A DNA stretch of 64,000 nt from Bigelowiella natans CCMP2755 (Eukaryota; Protista; Cercozoa). The DNA lies in the NCBI GenBank assembly GCA_000320545.1, contig ADNK01001386.1:186001-250000 (forward strand). Reading direction: 5' to 3'. The position numbers and the translations under genes are program-made. Shown in pieces: positions 34,319-48,873 of the stretch. The notes under the pieces are model-generated. The model was not told where the DNA came from and searched no databases. It worked only from the letters and a program-made list of their open reading frames with translations. Position 1 is the stretch's first letter. Every line of letters begins with the position of its first letter.

Positions 34319-34957
34319 CAGTAGTTGGATTAACGTGGTGCTTTCAGTTGCAGTAGTAGCTAGTAGTAATAAAGCCATGATACTAATAAGCAGCAGTATG
34401 GATGGATAGTGTCATTCAGCTGCTCCCCAATACCACGTTTGTTGTTGTTCTTACCCGGTTTCTATCCCCTTCTTTCCATTATCTTCACCTACATGCCCGA
34501 CACTACCCCCCCCCCCTTTCCAGAAATGGCAGTTTGTATAGTCGAGGTCGATGGGCGCCACACGCCAACTGTGCAAATGGGAAATATGTATATATGCATC
34601 ACCAACAACAAAAGAACAAGACAATATCAGATCATCACGTTCAATCAACATAGTAGTTGCAGCAACTAGAGAGACTGCTTCTTCAAGATGGCTTTCGTTA
34701 CTACTCTATGACTAAAAAGAGCTGCATTGCCATGGAACGAAAACTATCAGCTAGGCGATAGGATTTTCCGAATTTGAGTCCTCTCTAAATGCAAAGTTAC
34801 TGTTCTCTCGGATTAAGACAAGAAACCTATTATGATCTTGCAAATAAGAGCACATTCCTTCTCTTTCTTCTAACCGTCGTTCTGTTTGCGGTGTTATTTA
34901 TTTAGGTACAGATTGGACCCTAACATGTATAGCACGAAGAAATCGGATGATTCCTGA
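33179..34957 (+). CDS. Small (~190 aa) uncharacterised protein, possibly a calycin/lipocalin-like beta-barrel
   Basis: Eight short exons splice in frame: MAAAQPRPASNGQHL|DPCDYLTGCWKRNLEWRQFGG...|IEEYISS...|YLKWSFG...|...VYVLNFHLKTSTVVITYRILDKN|KMAVCIVEVD...VQMGNMYRLDPNMY...*. N-terminal GxW and alternating beta-strand pattern. Confidence 0.65.
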
Positions 34958-35828
34958 CAACGACGCTTAGCACATTGATGGAGGCTGCTGAATTAAGAGT
35001 GTACTGAGGACTTTACTTTTGCGTCTAGCAGATTTTATTGCGTGGATGCAATTCTCATTAACGTCCGTCTACGGAGCCTCAAATAACCTTTAATTGTCAG
35101 TGTGCATATGAGAGACTAGGATTAAATAACTCCAAGGCGTGAAACTGCGCTAGTTAGAGCGTAAGCATATGCATGCACTCAGGCGATGTAGAATAATATC
35201 GTCCCCATTTGTCGTCGTCCGATAGTATCTTGTCAACATGTACTTAATGGCCCAGAGCGCGCATATGTATAATATCATTTTATGTGACTATACGTTACGC
35301 GCTTCGTACTTATGACGCGACTTAGGTTTTTGGTCATAACAACAAAATTCACTCAATCTGAAAATATACATCTAATGCGTACGAATGCCTAGTGATGGTT
35401 CGAAATGAATGAGGTACGATGAGACACATATTTCAGGATTTACGCAGTCACTTGATTTCTGTCACATTTCGACCTATTATTTGTAAGACGGATCTAATGA
35501 ATCAATTGAATATGTTCAATGGTCATCCTTATGTACGTAGCTGTGCAATGCAGCGGCTTGTACAGCGCTAATGTTGAATTTGGTGTTTTATTTGTGCACA
35601 GTATACTAGCTAGCCGTATACATGTCAGTGGCTGCTGTGTATTCATTGCTGTTGTGTGATTATCTTCTGTTGATATTTTTATGCTACGTGAAAGCTTTCA
35701 GCGCGCAAGCATAGCATACACTTTTGGCGCTACACAGACGATTGCATCCACATGGAATGTCATAAGTCGCAACAGTACAATTAACCATTGTATCCTCACT
35801 TGATCAATATAAGTTCTGTCAAAAAGGA

Positions 35829-38800
35829 TCATTCATCGTCACCAGAAAGAAGGAAGGATATTGAGAACACTTTATCTCCTCCTCCACTTTTCATCTTCCC
35901 CTCCTCCGTTTCCAGATGCGACTGACCGCAATCGCGCTGTTTCTTTTGAGATCCTTTCCCATCCTGCTGGTTGCTGCTCAAAGTGGAGCGCAAGTTAATC
36001 TCTGAGCACAACACGGCCATCTGCTGCCTTTCCGCAGCGCCGATACCAGCCAAACTGAACGGTAACGGTGAAGACGACGGTGATGGCAAGGACTTGTCTC
36101 CCAACGAATTCTGGAGAACAATCATCGCCGCATCATTGATTTGCGCTATAAGCGAAAGCTTTGCCGCCCCCGATAGCTGCAGCATTGGCAGCAAGCTGTA
36201 CATATGAGCAGCTTGAAGCTCGGAAACAGACCTGATAGCATCAACCAAGGATTCCTCGATTTTTAGCCTTGTACAGACCCAAGTAATGAATCTCTGACAC
36301 ACGCGCGAAATACGCACGAGGAGGCGAGCGCATCTTGGAGAAAGAACAGTCGTATTGAAGCGTTCCGACGATAAGATAGCCAATAAAGTATCGTTGCACC
36401 TGAAAAAATGATGGCGACGATATGATGCTGATTAGCAACAGACGAACTAATACTGCTGACGAGGATGTTAGTATGTGGCTCATATTTGAGGGTATTATTC
36501 AAACTGCAACCATCAACTACTCGCCAACCAAAAATAAATTGTCACAGATATTTCACGCAAAGGAAAGGCAAAAATATAACCGAGAATTTAAAACAATTCT
36601 TCCGGCCTAATTCTTCTATTTTCTCCCCCTACCAGGTGATAACACGTGCGAGAGAAGCTGCCTCTGCCTCTAGGCCTGTGTGTAGTGCTACAGTCTTTCC
36701 TCTTCCTCCTCCGTGCTTCCTACTCCCGTTAATTTTCATCATCCTATTCTTCTTCTTCTTCTTCGATATTGGGGCCAGATACAAGAGTAGAGAAACGATC
36801 ATCTCGCATTGTCGGGCGTCGTTGTCGTCACCATCGTCACCATGGCTATGATAAGGTAATTGACAATTGCGGGGTTGCTGCCGCCGCCGCCGCCGCTGCT
36901 GCTTCTGTGGTTTCTGCAGATCATCCATATCGTCTACAATCCGAACAAGTAGCGCTGGTGGGACAATGTCACTCGAAATAAAAGCTGACGATGATGTTGA
37001 TAATGATGATGATCCTTGTCGGCGACGTGGGAAGAGGAATCGAGAAAAGAGCACCAGCAATTCCAACAGTAGAAGCCGCAGAGAGGTCTGGGCCTACCGA
37101 TCATTTGCAGGCAAAAAGAGAAAGAAAAAAGGCGATTGCATAGGGATTAATATTCTTCGATGAATCAATAAGACGGAGCTGCTTGCTCTAAGTGCTTGTG
37201 CGTGCATGATTGAAGAAGGAAGAGTCACCATTCGCAGATTAAATGTAGTATATTGCCGTTCGTTTCTTGATATTGTGTGATACATTCATCTCTCTTCGGA
37301 TCATTTACCAATTATTCCTCGACTATACTACTATTGCCACCCCCCCCCCCCCTCCCCCTTCGCCTTCTTACCGTACGATTCTTGGCACGTCTCACAAGTG
37401 AAAGGAAACGAATCTTTACAGTGGTAAATATCAGTCCAAGTTCGCGTAACATGAATTTGGGTACGATGCTTCCGCCTGGCAAGGAATTGAGCCGACCCAA
37501 AGCAAGTAACAGCAGGTTGAAGATAGGCTTGAGGTCAGATGGTGATAGGGACTCATCTGTCAGTAGACTATGAAGCCAACTCAACAGCCCCGTATGCTCG
37601 AGCACCCGAACCACCACAGAAGAAGAAGAAGAAGAAGAAGAAGACGATGATGATGATGACGATGATCGGTGGTGTGCACGAATAATCTGTTGTTTCTCAT
37701 CACCCTCACCATCATCATTATCATTACTGTCGCTATCATCATTGCCATCCCCATCTTCCTTCTTCTCCGCATTCACTCTTTCCTCCTCCTCCTCTTTTCC
37801 TATACTAAGTAGACGCGTAAGGACTTGCTCAACGAGACTCCTTGCAGTTCGTCCATTTGAGGTCTTGTTGGCCATCTGAGATTGATGGAATGCTAGCATG
37901 ATAGGCACCACGTGTCTTCTCGAGAGAATCTCCAGGTCAACGCGACTGTCGCATGCCGAAAGCAGGTACCTGTGGTGGTAACAACAACAACAACAACAAC
38001 CAGTGAACATGAGGAAGGAGCCGACAACTCTATTCATATCACTCATCGACTCGAATCTTGTGAGTGATCTCTCGGTACGACGACGACCCAAAAACCACGA
38101 ACAACAAACGTTGTATTCAGAAAGGCAACACATGTGTATTATGATGAAATATGAAATGGCAGATAAAGCACAACGACGACTTTGGTAATGACAAACGGAC
38201 GACGGTATAAGGCAAGAGATGAGGAGGGGAGCTAGTACTTAAGCATCCACACGCGCTCCTGATCTGCGTGACTGCTGCCGCTGTTGAAGGTTGAATAAAA
38301 CATTGGCACGTCCTCTAAGTCAAGATACGGTCTTTGGAGTAAGAAGCGATTCAGTTGTTTGTACCTGAAAATAAGCACGTAATCGTGACTAGATGATAAT
38401 GATAATGGTCATGACGATGGCAGAGAAGGACAAACGCTCTTGACAGCACTAGCATTACTTTCTCATCGTTATTACGATGATGATTATCATTATGGTTATG
38501 ATTACGATTGTTATTATCCCAACATACATCATTTGGTCAGGCCGGAGTAGCACAGGAATGGATCGTGCCATAAACTTGGCCAGAAGAAACGGCACTTGCT
38601 GCGCCTCTTCAGTGATGGCGTTACGAAAGCACATCAACAGCGTTGTGATCTGCTTATGCTCTTTGAAGAAATCGCTCACACCACCCCTGAAAGATGACGA
38701 GGATGAAGAAGAATGCTGGCCTCTCTCCCTCCCTGCCGCTGCTGCTGCTGACGCCATGGCGCTTAGAGACGCGGTCTGTTCAAGCACGTCAAACAGTTGA

Positions 38801-41800
38801 GACAAGATTTCGTACGCAATATTTCGAGCGTTTCTGCGAGGGAGCGAGGTCGCTAGCAGCACGTATGCGAGTGCTCCAGAGTCTGCGAACTTACGCATGT
38901 CCATCCCACCGCTACCACCACCTTCACCGCTGCTACTCTGCACAAAGCGGAGAAGGAAGGGGAGGAGGAACTCCGGGTTATATACTTTCACACTATCGTC
39001 GTCGTCGTCGTCGTCGTCGTCATCGTAATTGTCAATATTGTAGTAGGGAGAGTTACCACCATTACTACTACTGCTACTACTTCTCATAATAATGCGCTGG
39101 AGATTGTAGAGACGAGAAGACTGTCTATATCGGTTGAATTTCTTGCGATTGCTGCTGATGCTGCTAGCAAGCTGATGTGGGACCCTTTTTCTTCTTCTTC
39201 GGCGTGTGGGACCTCGTCGCAGCATGGAGAGGTCTAGCACTTTGTACACCCAATCGAAGCCTTGATTCAGACGCGATGACTTCGAGTAGTGTCGCTTGTG
39301 AGCCTAGAGGATGTTAAGAATTAAACAAAAAATCAATAATAATAATCATGATGATGACAATGATGCGGACGATAAAGAGGGCGGATTTACGTGGGAGAAG
39401 CAGCAGGGATGCACAACTAAAAAGAAATGCTGTAATAGTATGCATATCAGCTATTCATTATCATCATTCCTATTATGTAGACGTTTACAAGAGCCGCATT
39501 CAGTGCTATAACACAACTAGTGTAGCTGCTTCACAGGGCGTCTCCTCCTTTTCTTCTTTATCATCTTCTTCCTCACCAATCATCATTTGTAGCATCAACT
39601 CATCATCATCATCATCATCATCACTAATAGCATCAGAAGGAAGCAAGCTTCTCACTCACCACAAAACCCCATCGCTGGCACGGCGGTTCTTCTGATAGCA
39701 ACGAGCGCTTTACCGAGACTCGTCCCAGTGTAAAGGGGGGGGAGGACGCCGAAGACGCTGCCTGCTCTATCTCCGTCAATATCCCCCATTTTTCCTTTTC
39801 CACGAAGCTGTCATCTCCACGGAAAGTGTTGAGAATAGTGTAGTAAATAGCAGTCAAGGTCTCTGTCGCTTGGATCAGGGAGGAGGATGACGAGGAAGCA
39901 GCTTTGCAATTTGTTTCTTTATCATCTTCATCCATCTCGTTGTTATCATTTTTCTTTTTCGTTCCGCTCCCCTCCTCTCTTCTCATCTCTCCTTCTTCCT
40001 CATGATGCTTGATTTTAATAAACTCGATGAGGCCTTGAACCGTCGAGGCAATACACGTGATTGTTGCTGCCACCGCTGCTGCCTTCTCCCCCCCTTGCTC
40101 ATCTTCTTCTTTTTCTTCGTTGTCTTCTTCCATTCTACTAGTGCTGTTCTTCCTCCCTGTGTCGTTCTTACCATTCTTATCATCTCTGCGGCTGGCACTC
40201 ACAATCTCTGTCATCGTCGCCATCATTTTTCTCTTCTTGTTAGCCTTCTTCGCTCCACCACCACCACCACCACCACCACCACTGTTTTCCTGAATCGAAT
40301 CATTTCTGCCGCTATTATTCTCAAAGTGGCGTAGATATTCTGTGACTTGTTGTGATTGTACAAACAGCCGGTGAAGTGTGTGCATGGCAGCATCGATGGC
40401 AGAGATTGAAGCCTTACTCTTCCTTTTTTTCTTCTTCTTTTGTGCGTTTGTAGAAGAGAGTTTGAAGGCGAGAAAGGGTGTCAGCATCAGTAGGAGAGAG
40501 GATTGCAGCTGTGAAGGAGTTGTTGTAGCAGTAGTAGTTGTTGTTGGCGATGATGATGTTGGTGGTGGTGGAGGCAGCAGCTTTGTACAGAAGGATTGTG
40601 CTATCTTACAAAGTCGAGTGATTTCCTTGGAAGTTAGAGGAGGGGGAAGCTTGACAGGATGATCATAAGAACACCTATCGTCATCATCATCATCATCACT
40701 CACCTCCTCCTCCTTATTCCCATTGGCCATGTTCTTCCCCTGCTTATTCTTCCTCCTCTTCTTCTCGTTGCCACCATCATCATCTCCATCATGATTATCA
40801 TCATTCTTCCCGGCTACTGCAACCGTAATCAACCAGATGGATGCTTCACGAAGCTGAGTCCTCAGAGCAGCCATGACCTCTCTGTTGTCATCATCATCAT
40901 CAGCATCATGATCATCTTTGATGGTAGTGGACAGCACTGAGAGGTATTGGATGATTAGTGTCTTCTGCGCGATGGGCGTCTTGATCACGGACTCCTCCTC
41001 CTCCTCCTCTTCTTCTTCCTCGAATTTCTTCTCCTTGCTTTGATGGTGGTGAGGGAGACGAAAGGAAGAGAATAGCAACTTATGGACAACGTGGACTGCC
41101 ATCATTGAGAGTCTTGTCGGTAATGATGATGATGATGATGATGATGATGAACCTGGGCGGTATATGTATTACCATTACTATTCTTATTATTATGGAAAGT
41201 TGTTGTTATTGTTGTGGTATATTGATAGACAACAATGTTGATATAAGGAGGAAGGCATGAAAGATATTGCTTCTGCTCTGATGATGATGATAGCATAGCA
41301 ATTACAATCATTAAGGAAACATGCAAAGAAAAGAATAAGCGAGCTTGCTGTTGTGAGAGTCCTACTCCACTTGTAAAAAATGAGCAGCGTAGTAATATAC
41401 CCCCTCCTCTTCCTCCGTCTCCTCCACCGAGCATGATCTTGCGAACAAGCCTTTCAAGGTCCTCGGAAGAGACAGCACCACATTTGCGTAGCTGAATCAA
41501 CACACCATTAATCCGGGAGGAGTGGGAAAGGGAAGAAGAGGGGGAAGAAGTTGACATTGACGAGCAACTACGCAACACATCCTTTAAGAATGGCACAATC
41601 ACGCTCTCTCGAACTCTGGAGCACATTCTCGATTCTTCTTTTCCAGACTTTTTCGGAGAGAAAATGGCTTGGAAAAAGGGGGTTTTCACAAGCGCGTCAA
41701 TCCATAGCAAGGGTGGCGGCATGGAGGAGTTGGTAAGAAGATGACGGGTCAAAATGCGGGGAAGAACAGGACTCCACGCCAAGAAGTAGCACACTAACAC

Positions 41801-41877
41801 ACACAACACAAAGATGTGAATAAAGCGCATATCATTTGAATATGTGAGGTGTATTTTGTGTTCTTAAAATATTTTTG

Positions 41878-41911
<34 letters not shown>

Positions 41912-44124
41912 CATCATCGAGTTGCCCTGACGAAGAAGACCGCAGCAGCGACGAGGAGGAGGAACCGAAGGACAACAACGAGGAGGACTTGGATGACGAC
42001 GCCGACGATAATGTGGAACGGCTTTTCACTGTGAGAGCACACGCGCACATCAGGCGCACAATTGGTCCACTAGTGTGCGCCAGGGCGATCATGCTTCTGC
42101 TTCTTTCCTTGGCAGCAGCTTTATCATCATAGAACGGTAATGATGATGATGACGACGAAGAGGAACTTAAAGAAAGAAGCCTTTTCTCGTCACTTTTTCT
42201 CCTTTTCTGCTTTCTCTTCCCTTTGATTGCTGCTGCCGTTACCACCGCTGCTTTCGATGCTGCTGCTGCTGCTGTGCTTTGGAGGATGAGTCGTGGCAAG
42301 TTGTATGGGTTGTTTCTCGCGTGGAATGAAAGGAGGAGGGCGAGCAAGGAATCGTCGCCGTCATTAGCGTCGTCGTCGTTGTTGTTAAAACTAGGTAGAG
42401 CCAGCAGCTCGGGTGATGCTAGTAGTGCAACCATTGTTGGTGCTGATGCTAAAGATGATGATGATGATGAGGAGGATGATGATGCGTTTTCGTTGTCACT
42501 ATCCTCCATCATTCCATCTTTGTTGCTGCTGCCTACTACATCACTATCATCATCATCATCATCGTCACTAGCATCCTCCTCCTCATCATCATCATCATCA
42601 TCATCGCTTGGGGGGGGGCTGGGGCTGGGGCTGTTGCTCCTCTTAATATCGAGTGGAAATTGCTCAACAGCCTCTGGCATAGAAACCCACACACGTCGAA
42701 TCGATTGCAACCTGAGAGAACACAATAATAAGGACGACGCCATCATAAGTAACGACATCAAGATTAAGAACAAGTAAATCAAAACAAAGAAGAGAGAGGA
42801 GGAGGAGGAGGAGGAAAATGTGATAATAATTCATTTTAGGTTTATGTCTAACAAATATCAATTACAGGCCAATGCGGTCCTGCCCCTCCTTTCTCTGCTG
42901 CTGCTGCTGCTGCTGAATTGAAGAATTTGCTGCTGCCTTAGAAGAGCAATGATCGAGAAGCTGGCGCGCCAATCGTGTGAGGTAGGCTTTGGTCAAGACT
43001 CTCATTTCCCTGCTAATATCAGCATCATGCGCTTGGTTGTGGGAACTAGTGCTATCTCCTAACCCAGGATAAGAAGAATAAGGATAAGAAGGAGGAGGAG
43101 GAGGAAAGAGCTTTTCGCTGGATATTCGCCCTATAAGTCTCTCCAAGAGCATCCGCCTCAGCCTTTCCACTTCTCCTTCCCCATTCTGCAAGCTGCTGCT
43201 GTCTTCTTCGCAATGAATCTGTTGTAGATATCATCTAGTTAGGAAAGATTAAAATGATTGATTCACAAGTGAGTGGTATTTGAATATCTGCCTGATTCTA
43301 GTATATTATTTCCGTGGTAGGTGATAGTAATACTACCAATGCTCGTATCAGCCCCAGAACTTTCCAAATTCTATCGGTCACATTTCTGCTGCCTCTGCTA
43401 CTGCCAGAGAATGGCAAAGAAGACGACGATGATGATGCGTTAAAAGCTTCCCCATCTTTGGCCCATAGCACAGCGTCCAGGCCCGCAAATAAAGCTAGAA
43501 TTCCATTCAATCGCAGAGACAAATCTAACAGATACGCAGGGAAAGAGAGGATGGGAGAGGGAAGGAGGGTGAGGGGGGTTGACATTGGGATCATTTACAA
43601 TAAACGAAGAAGCAGCAAAAATAAAGTTATTTCTTCTTCTTGTTCTTGTTGATCTTCTTTGTCCTCTTCTCATATTGGCTTCATTCCCACCGCTGTTCTT
43701 GACATTCTCCTTCCTCATCATATTCTCCCTCTTTGCTTCGAGAGCCAGAACGTCGATTATCGTCACACAAAAATGTGAAACAGCAGCCGTACGAACCTGG
43801 GGATTTATTTACCATATACAAGTGGCGGTGTGCATGCTCTCCTACTGCACTCATGACCATGTAAGGGTGATGCTTGATTGGTGTAAAGGTGATGATGATG
43901 ATGATGGTAGTGAGGAGGAGGAGGAGGAGGAGGAGGAGGAGGAGGATATACACGACGTATGTTATGATGTACATGCTTCCGTGCTTGTGATTATATTTGA
44001 TGGAATTGAATGGAGGTGATAGGGACCAAAAACAACCTCTGGATGTTCCCTCGAATTGATCAAAGCAGTCACGGAATCAAAGACAACCTAATAGTAGTAG
44101 TAGTAGGAGGAGGAGTAGTAGTAG

Positions 44125-44157
<33 letters not shown>

Positions 44158-44251
44158 AGCAGCAAAGCAGGAGGAAGAGGAGGGAGGGAGGGAGAGAGAG
44201 AGAGAGAGAGAGGAAGAGAAGGAGAAGGAGAGCAAAGAAGAGAGAAAATAC

Positions 44252-44284
<33 letters not shown>

Positions 44285-45296
44285 ACGACTACCTTGGAGA
44301 TCTTTTGCACTATATCCCTCGTAATCATTGTTGCCTTTTTTTCTTGTTTTTCTTCTGTTTTTGAGCCCTTCATCGTCATCATACTTCCCCATGCCTTTCG
44401 AACGTAATGTAACACCAGTGGCAACCAGAGAAACGACGATGTAGTGCTACTAGCAATAGCAGCGGTTGAAGAAGAAGCAGAAATTGTAGAACTCCCCTTC
44501 TTTCTCTTCTTCTTCTTCTTCTTCTTCATCATCGTCTTGATCTTCTCATTCTCTTCCTTGACGATAGCATCCAGCACTGAATACGCAGAGAACTTCTCTG
44601 GATTCAGTGCAAAGCATGCTGCAGCCGTATCTGGTAAGACATGCCCGGACTTTACACTGTGAACGAAAGAGCTCAGCCAAGACTTTGTTGGTGATAACGG
44701 AGAAGAAGAAGAAGAAGAAGAAGAAGAAGAAGAAGAAGGAGGTGATGATGACGACATCGACTTCCGCTTCTTCTTGTTCTTTTTTGTACTACTCCCTCGT
44801 ATCCTCCTCTCTTCGGCATCATCATCATCATCACCACCGCCACCACCACCATGATGGTGATGACGATCGTCTCCTCCAACTTGAGCTGAGTAGCGATGGA
44901 TGGCCACTAGAGTGGAGGAAAGCTGTGAGCTCTGAAGGAAGCTAGGAAGTGAAGAATAATGAGAAGATGATGGGGTAGTAGAGAACAAGACTGCGTTGTC
45001 CCTTTTTGACTTTTCTCCTCCCCCCCTTCTTGCCATGGGGCGAAGAAGAAGTATCGATGACAAACATAGGTCGGATAAACTCGAAAACCTTGCAATGAGG
45101 AAGAAGAAAAGTAGAGGAGGAGGAGGAGGAGGAGGAGGAGGAGGAGGAGGAAGATACACATGCATGATGATTAGAAGATAAAGAGAGCACGGACGCATGG
45201 AAAAGAGGAAGACAAAGAATAAGAAAAAGAGGAAGAAGAAGAAGAAACAAATAGTAGTTTGTATCAACTAAGAGGGAGTAGTAGCAGGTGGTAGTT

Positions 45297-45329
<33 letters not shown>

Positions 45330-45397
45330 AATAAAAGGGCATGTGCTCATCATTGATTCAGATATATTTCCCTTGGTTGCTGCTAATATGATTGCTG

Positions 45398-45431
<34 letters not shown>

Positions 45432-45488
45432 ATGTGTATTGGATAGCTACTAATCATTAAACCGCGACCACCACCAGTACCATCATCG

Positions 45489-45522
<34 letters not shown>

Positions 45523-46682
45523 TCTCATCATCAACCAACCAACCTCTGGTCGTTAGCAAAGAGCTCTCGTATCTTCCCGTAACTTGGATCATCCTCCTCC
45601 TCCTCCTCCTCTTCCTCCTCCTCTCCCCCCTCAATATTGCTGCTGCAGCTCACGAGCAAACGAGCCAGCTCAAAGACAAACAAGTTGTCATCTCCCCAGT
45701 ACAGCAGCTTCGTCAGACATATCACTGTATACTCGCTGAATCGTGAGAGCAGGGCAGCGTTATGATCGATATTAGATGTATTTGAAGTATCATGGCCGTT
45801 CTCGCTATTCCTCCTCTTCTTCTTTTTCTTCTTCTTGTTGTTGTTTTGGGTGGTGGCGGTGATAGCTGCGGTGATATCAGCAACTATTGATAGGGCACAA
45901 AAAACAAGGCCAAGGGTAGCTGGATTATGGGAAGATGGAGAAGAGGAGGAGGAGGAGGACGTATCTGCTACTCCCCCCATTCCCTTCTCGTCGTTTCCAT
46001 CGTCCACATTGTCCTTCTCTCTGCTCTCACGAATGAGTTGCTGATGGTGGATGGATAAGAACGAAGAAGAAGAAGAAGAAGAAGAAGAAGAAGAAGAAGA
46101 ATTTCATCATTAATAATGTGATTCTTCATCATCAACATCAAGGAAATCTCTAAGGAAATCTCTCCTACAAGCAAAGATGGATGGGTGGCAGCTTGCAGCC
46201 TCTACCATCATCATCATCATCATCTTCTTCTTCTTCTTCTTCTCTTTCAACTACTACTATTACGACAACCATTACTATTAGTAGTGCCACGACTTCTCAC
46301 CCTTTGGATCAGCGCTGTCGCTTTTTGCATATAGTCATAAGGGCTGGTGGAGAACTTCCCCGCCAAGAAGTCCAAGAAACCGACAGTCTCTGGTTGGCAG
46401 GAGGATACGAAGATCCACATATGAAGGGGATGAGCTGCTTTGAATGTAAGGCAATGGAGAGCGCTGCTAGCAACGGACAGTGCTCGACACGATATTATGT
46501 CATCATCGTCGTCATCATCGTCGTCATCTGTTTTCCGAATGATGATTTGTTGTTGTGGCCCCTCCTCCCTGCTCTGCTGCTGATCCCTGTTTCTTCTTCT
46601 TCTTCTTGCTGCCATGGCAATACGCATGAGAATGCCGAATCTCGACGACACACGATGTGTTCGGTCAAAGAAATCATCTGTG

Positions 46683-46714
<32 letters not shown>

Positions 46715-46801
46715 TTTCCAACAACTTGAGCTCATACGTTTTCCCATTATGAGTACATAAATACACGTGTTTATTTTGTTCAAATGTTCGATTGCTCTTT
46801 G

Positions 46802-46837
<36 letters not shown>

Positions 46838-48475
46838 TCATAATGTAGTCATGATTCTTCAAATAATGATGGTATAATCGAGAGAAAGACAGTAGAGGTA
46901 CTGACCCATCGCTGCTGCTGCTGTTGCTGCTGCCTCGGTCCCTGTCGTTGATATCGAGATCTTTCTTTTCTTGCTGTTTGGGTGATGATTGCTGGCTGCT
47001 TTGGAGTAGATGGACTTAAATCCAGTCGCCTTAACACTCATCATGTCCTTGAAGTCCAATAGACGAATGGCGTTTAACGTTCCGACTGCATGGCATCCCT
47101 ACCAATGATATAACGACAACAACAACAACAACAACTTAGAAGAGCAACGAAGAGAACAAATATAATTATATCGAATCATGTTTTATTCCAATGGCCTCCT
47201 CCACGGCCATAGGTTGTTACCAACCAGCCTCCCAGCGGCCCTCTCCCCCCCTCTCTCTTTCGCATTTTCCAGCTGCTCCTTCTCACATAATAGCGTGTGC
47301 TTTTGTTTCAACTATTTCATGGTCTACATGGGAATATGAAGAAAACGAAGAAGAAGATGCGCGCTCCTCCTTCTCCTCCTCCTCCTGCTTCTTCGTATCG
47401 CCTTGATTCGTTGCCATGATCTTGGTGGTGGAGTTTTTCATCCATGAGTACATCCTTGCCATAAGACGCCATTCATCGAGCTTGGCCCTTGCATACGCCT
47501 CAGGTAGTAGTACGCGGTACAAGTAGATGGTGCGGTATAACTGTGAGCACACCATCAGCAAACCACTCGAAGAAGAAGGAGAAGAAGAAGAAGAAGATGG
47601 TGATGGCGAGGAGGATGATGATACTCCTTCTGTTTTTTTTCTCTTTCTTCCACTTCCCTCGTCATCTGCCTGCTTCTGCAAAAGTCGTTGTGAGCCAACG
47701 CCATCCCTGAGAACAACAATTGTGGCGGGAGGACCAGGACAGAGAAGGTAATAATAGAAAGTATACAGCAGCAGTGTCAGTGAGAAATATTTGGAGACAT
47801 AGAGAGGCAGTACAAACTCTTCCTTGCTTAATCCAAGTGCTGCTGCTGCCAAACTCCACGCATACATTACATAGAATCAAAGAAACAAATACATACATTT
47901 TGGACTCAATCTTGGCGTAAAGTGCGTAGAGAATTTCCAGACTAGGAAGTCTCTGGGAAAGGGAATGGCGTAGTGCGGCCAACGTTTGCTCGCTTCCTTG
48001 TTTTCCTCCTTTCCCCAACATTTGAGTCGCTTTTCTCACCAGTCTTTGAAAGCTCTCCAGGATCTACCATTTTATGTGCATAAAGTATCATTTATGCGTT
48101 AGTGTTGATGTAAAAGCACCAAGGGAGGGGGGGGGGATTGGTGGTGACAATGGTATTTTTATAATCATATTTCGGCACAAAAAACAGTACCGTAGTGAGG
48201 AGTCGAAGCACAGTGATCTGCACCAAGGCGTTGCTATTCTGTACGCCTTGACTTAGCAATAGTCGTGTCACACCAGCAGGAAACAACATGCCCACTACCA
48301 TCTGCACATAAGTATAGGCTTGTAAGTCAGTCTGTATGCATGTATGGCTATCACAATGTTTCTCCACAACACGTATGCATTACTATGTTCTTTGATTTCA
48401 TGTATCATCTATCCTCCCGGTATGCATTCATCTCTCCCTCCCTCATACAAATAGCAGCAACAGTAGTAGTAGTAA

Positions 48476-48512
<37 letters not shown>

Positions 48513-48809
48513 CGCACATACATTGGGTGGTGTTCTGTGTAATGTGGAGGCCTCGAAGTCCATGAGACGTAGAAGCTTAATCGCCAGCGTCACATTTACA
48601 AGCCATCTTAGCGACGCTCGAGCCTCGAATGAAAATGGCATTGCATGCAGGTATCTAGCAGAGAAAAGAGCAGCAGCAGCAGCAGCAGCAACAACAACAA
48701 CAACATTCGTGAATGATATTATGTGATGAGGCCACAAGATAAATTCAACTGTCACTAAAGGAGCTGCTGTTCCATAGTAATACACGATGATAACACACTA
48801 CTTCCCGCC

Positions 48810-48873
<64 letters not shown>

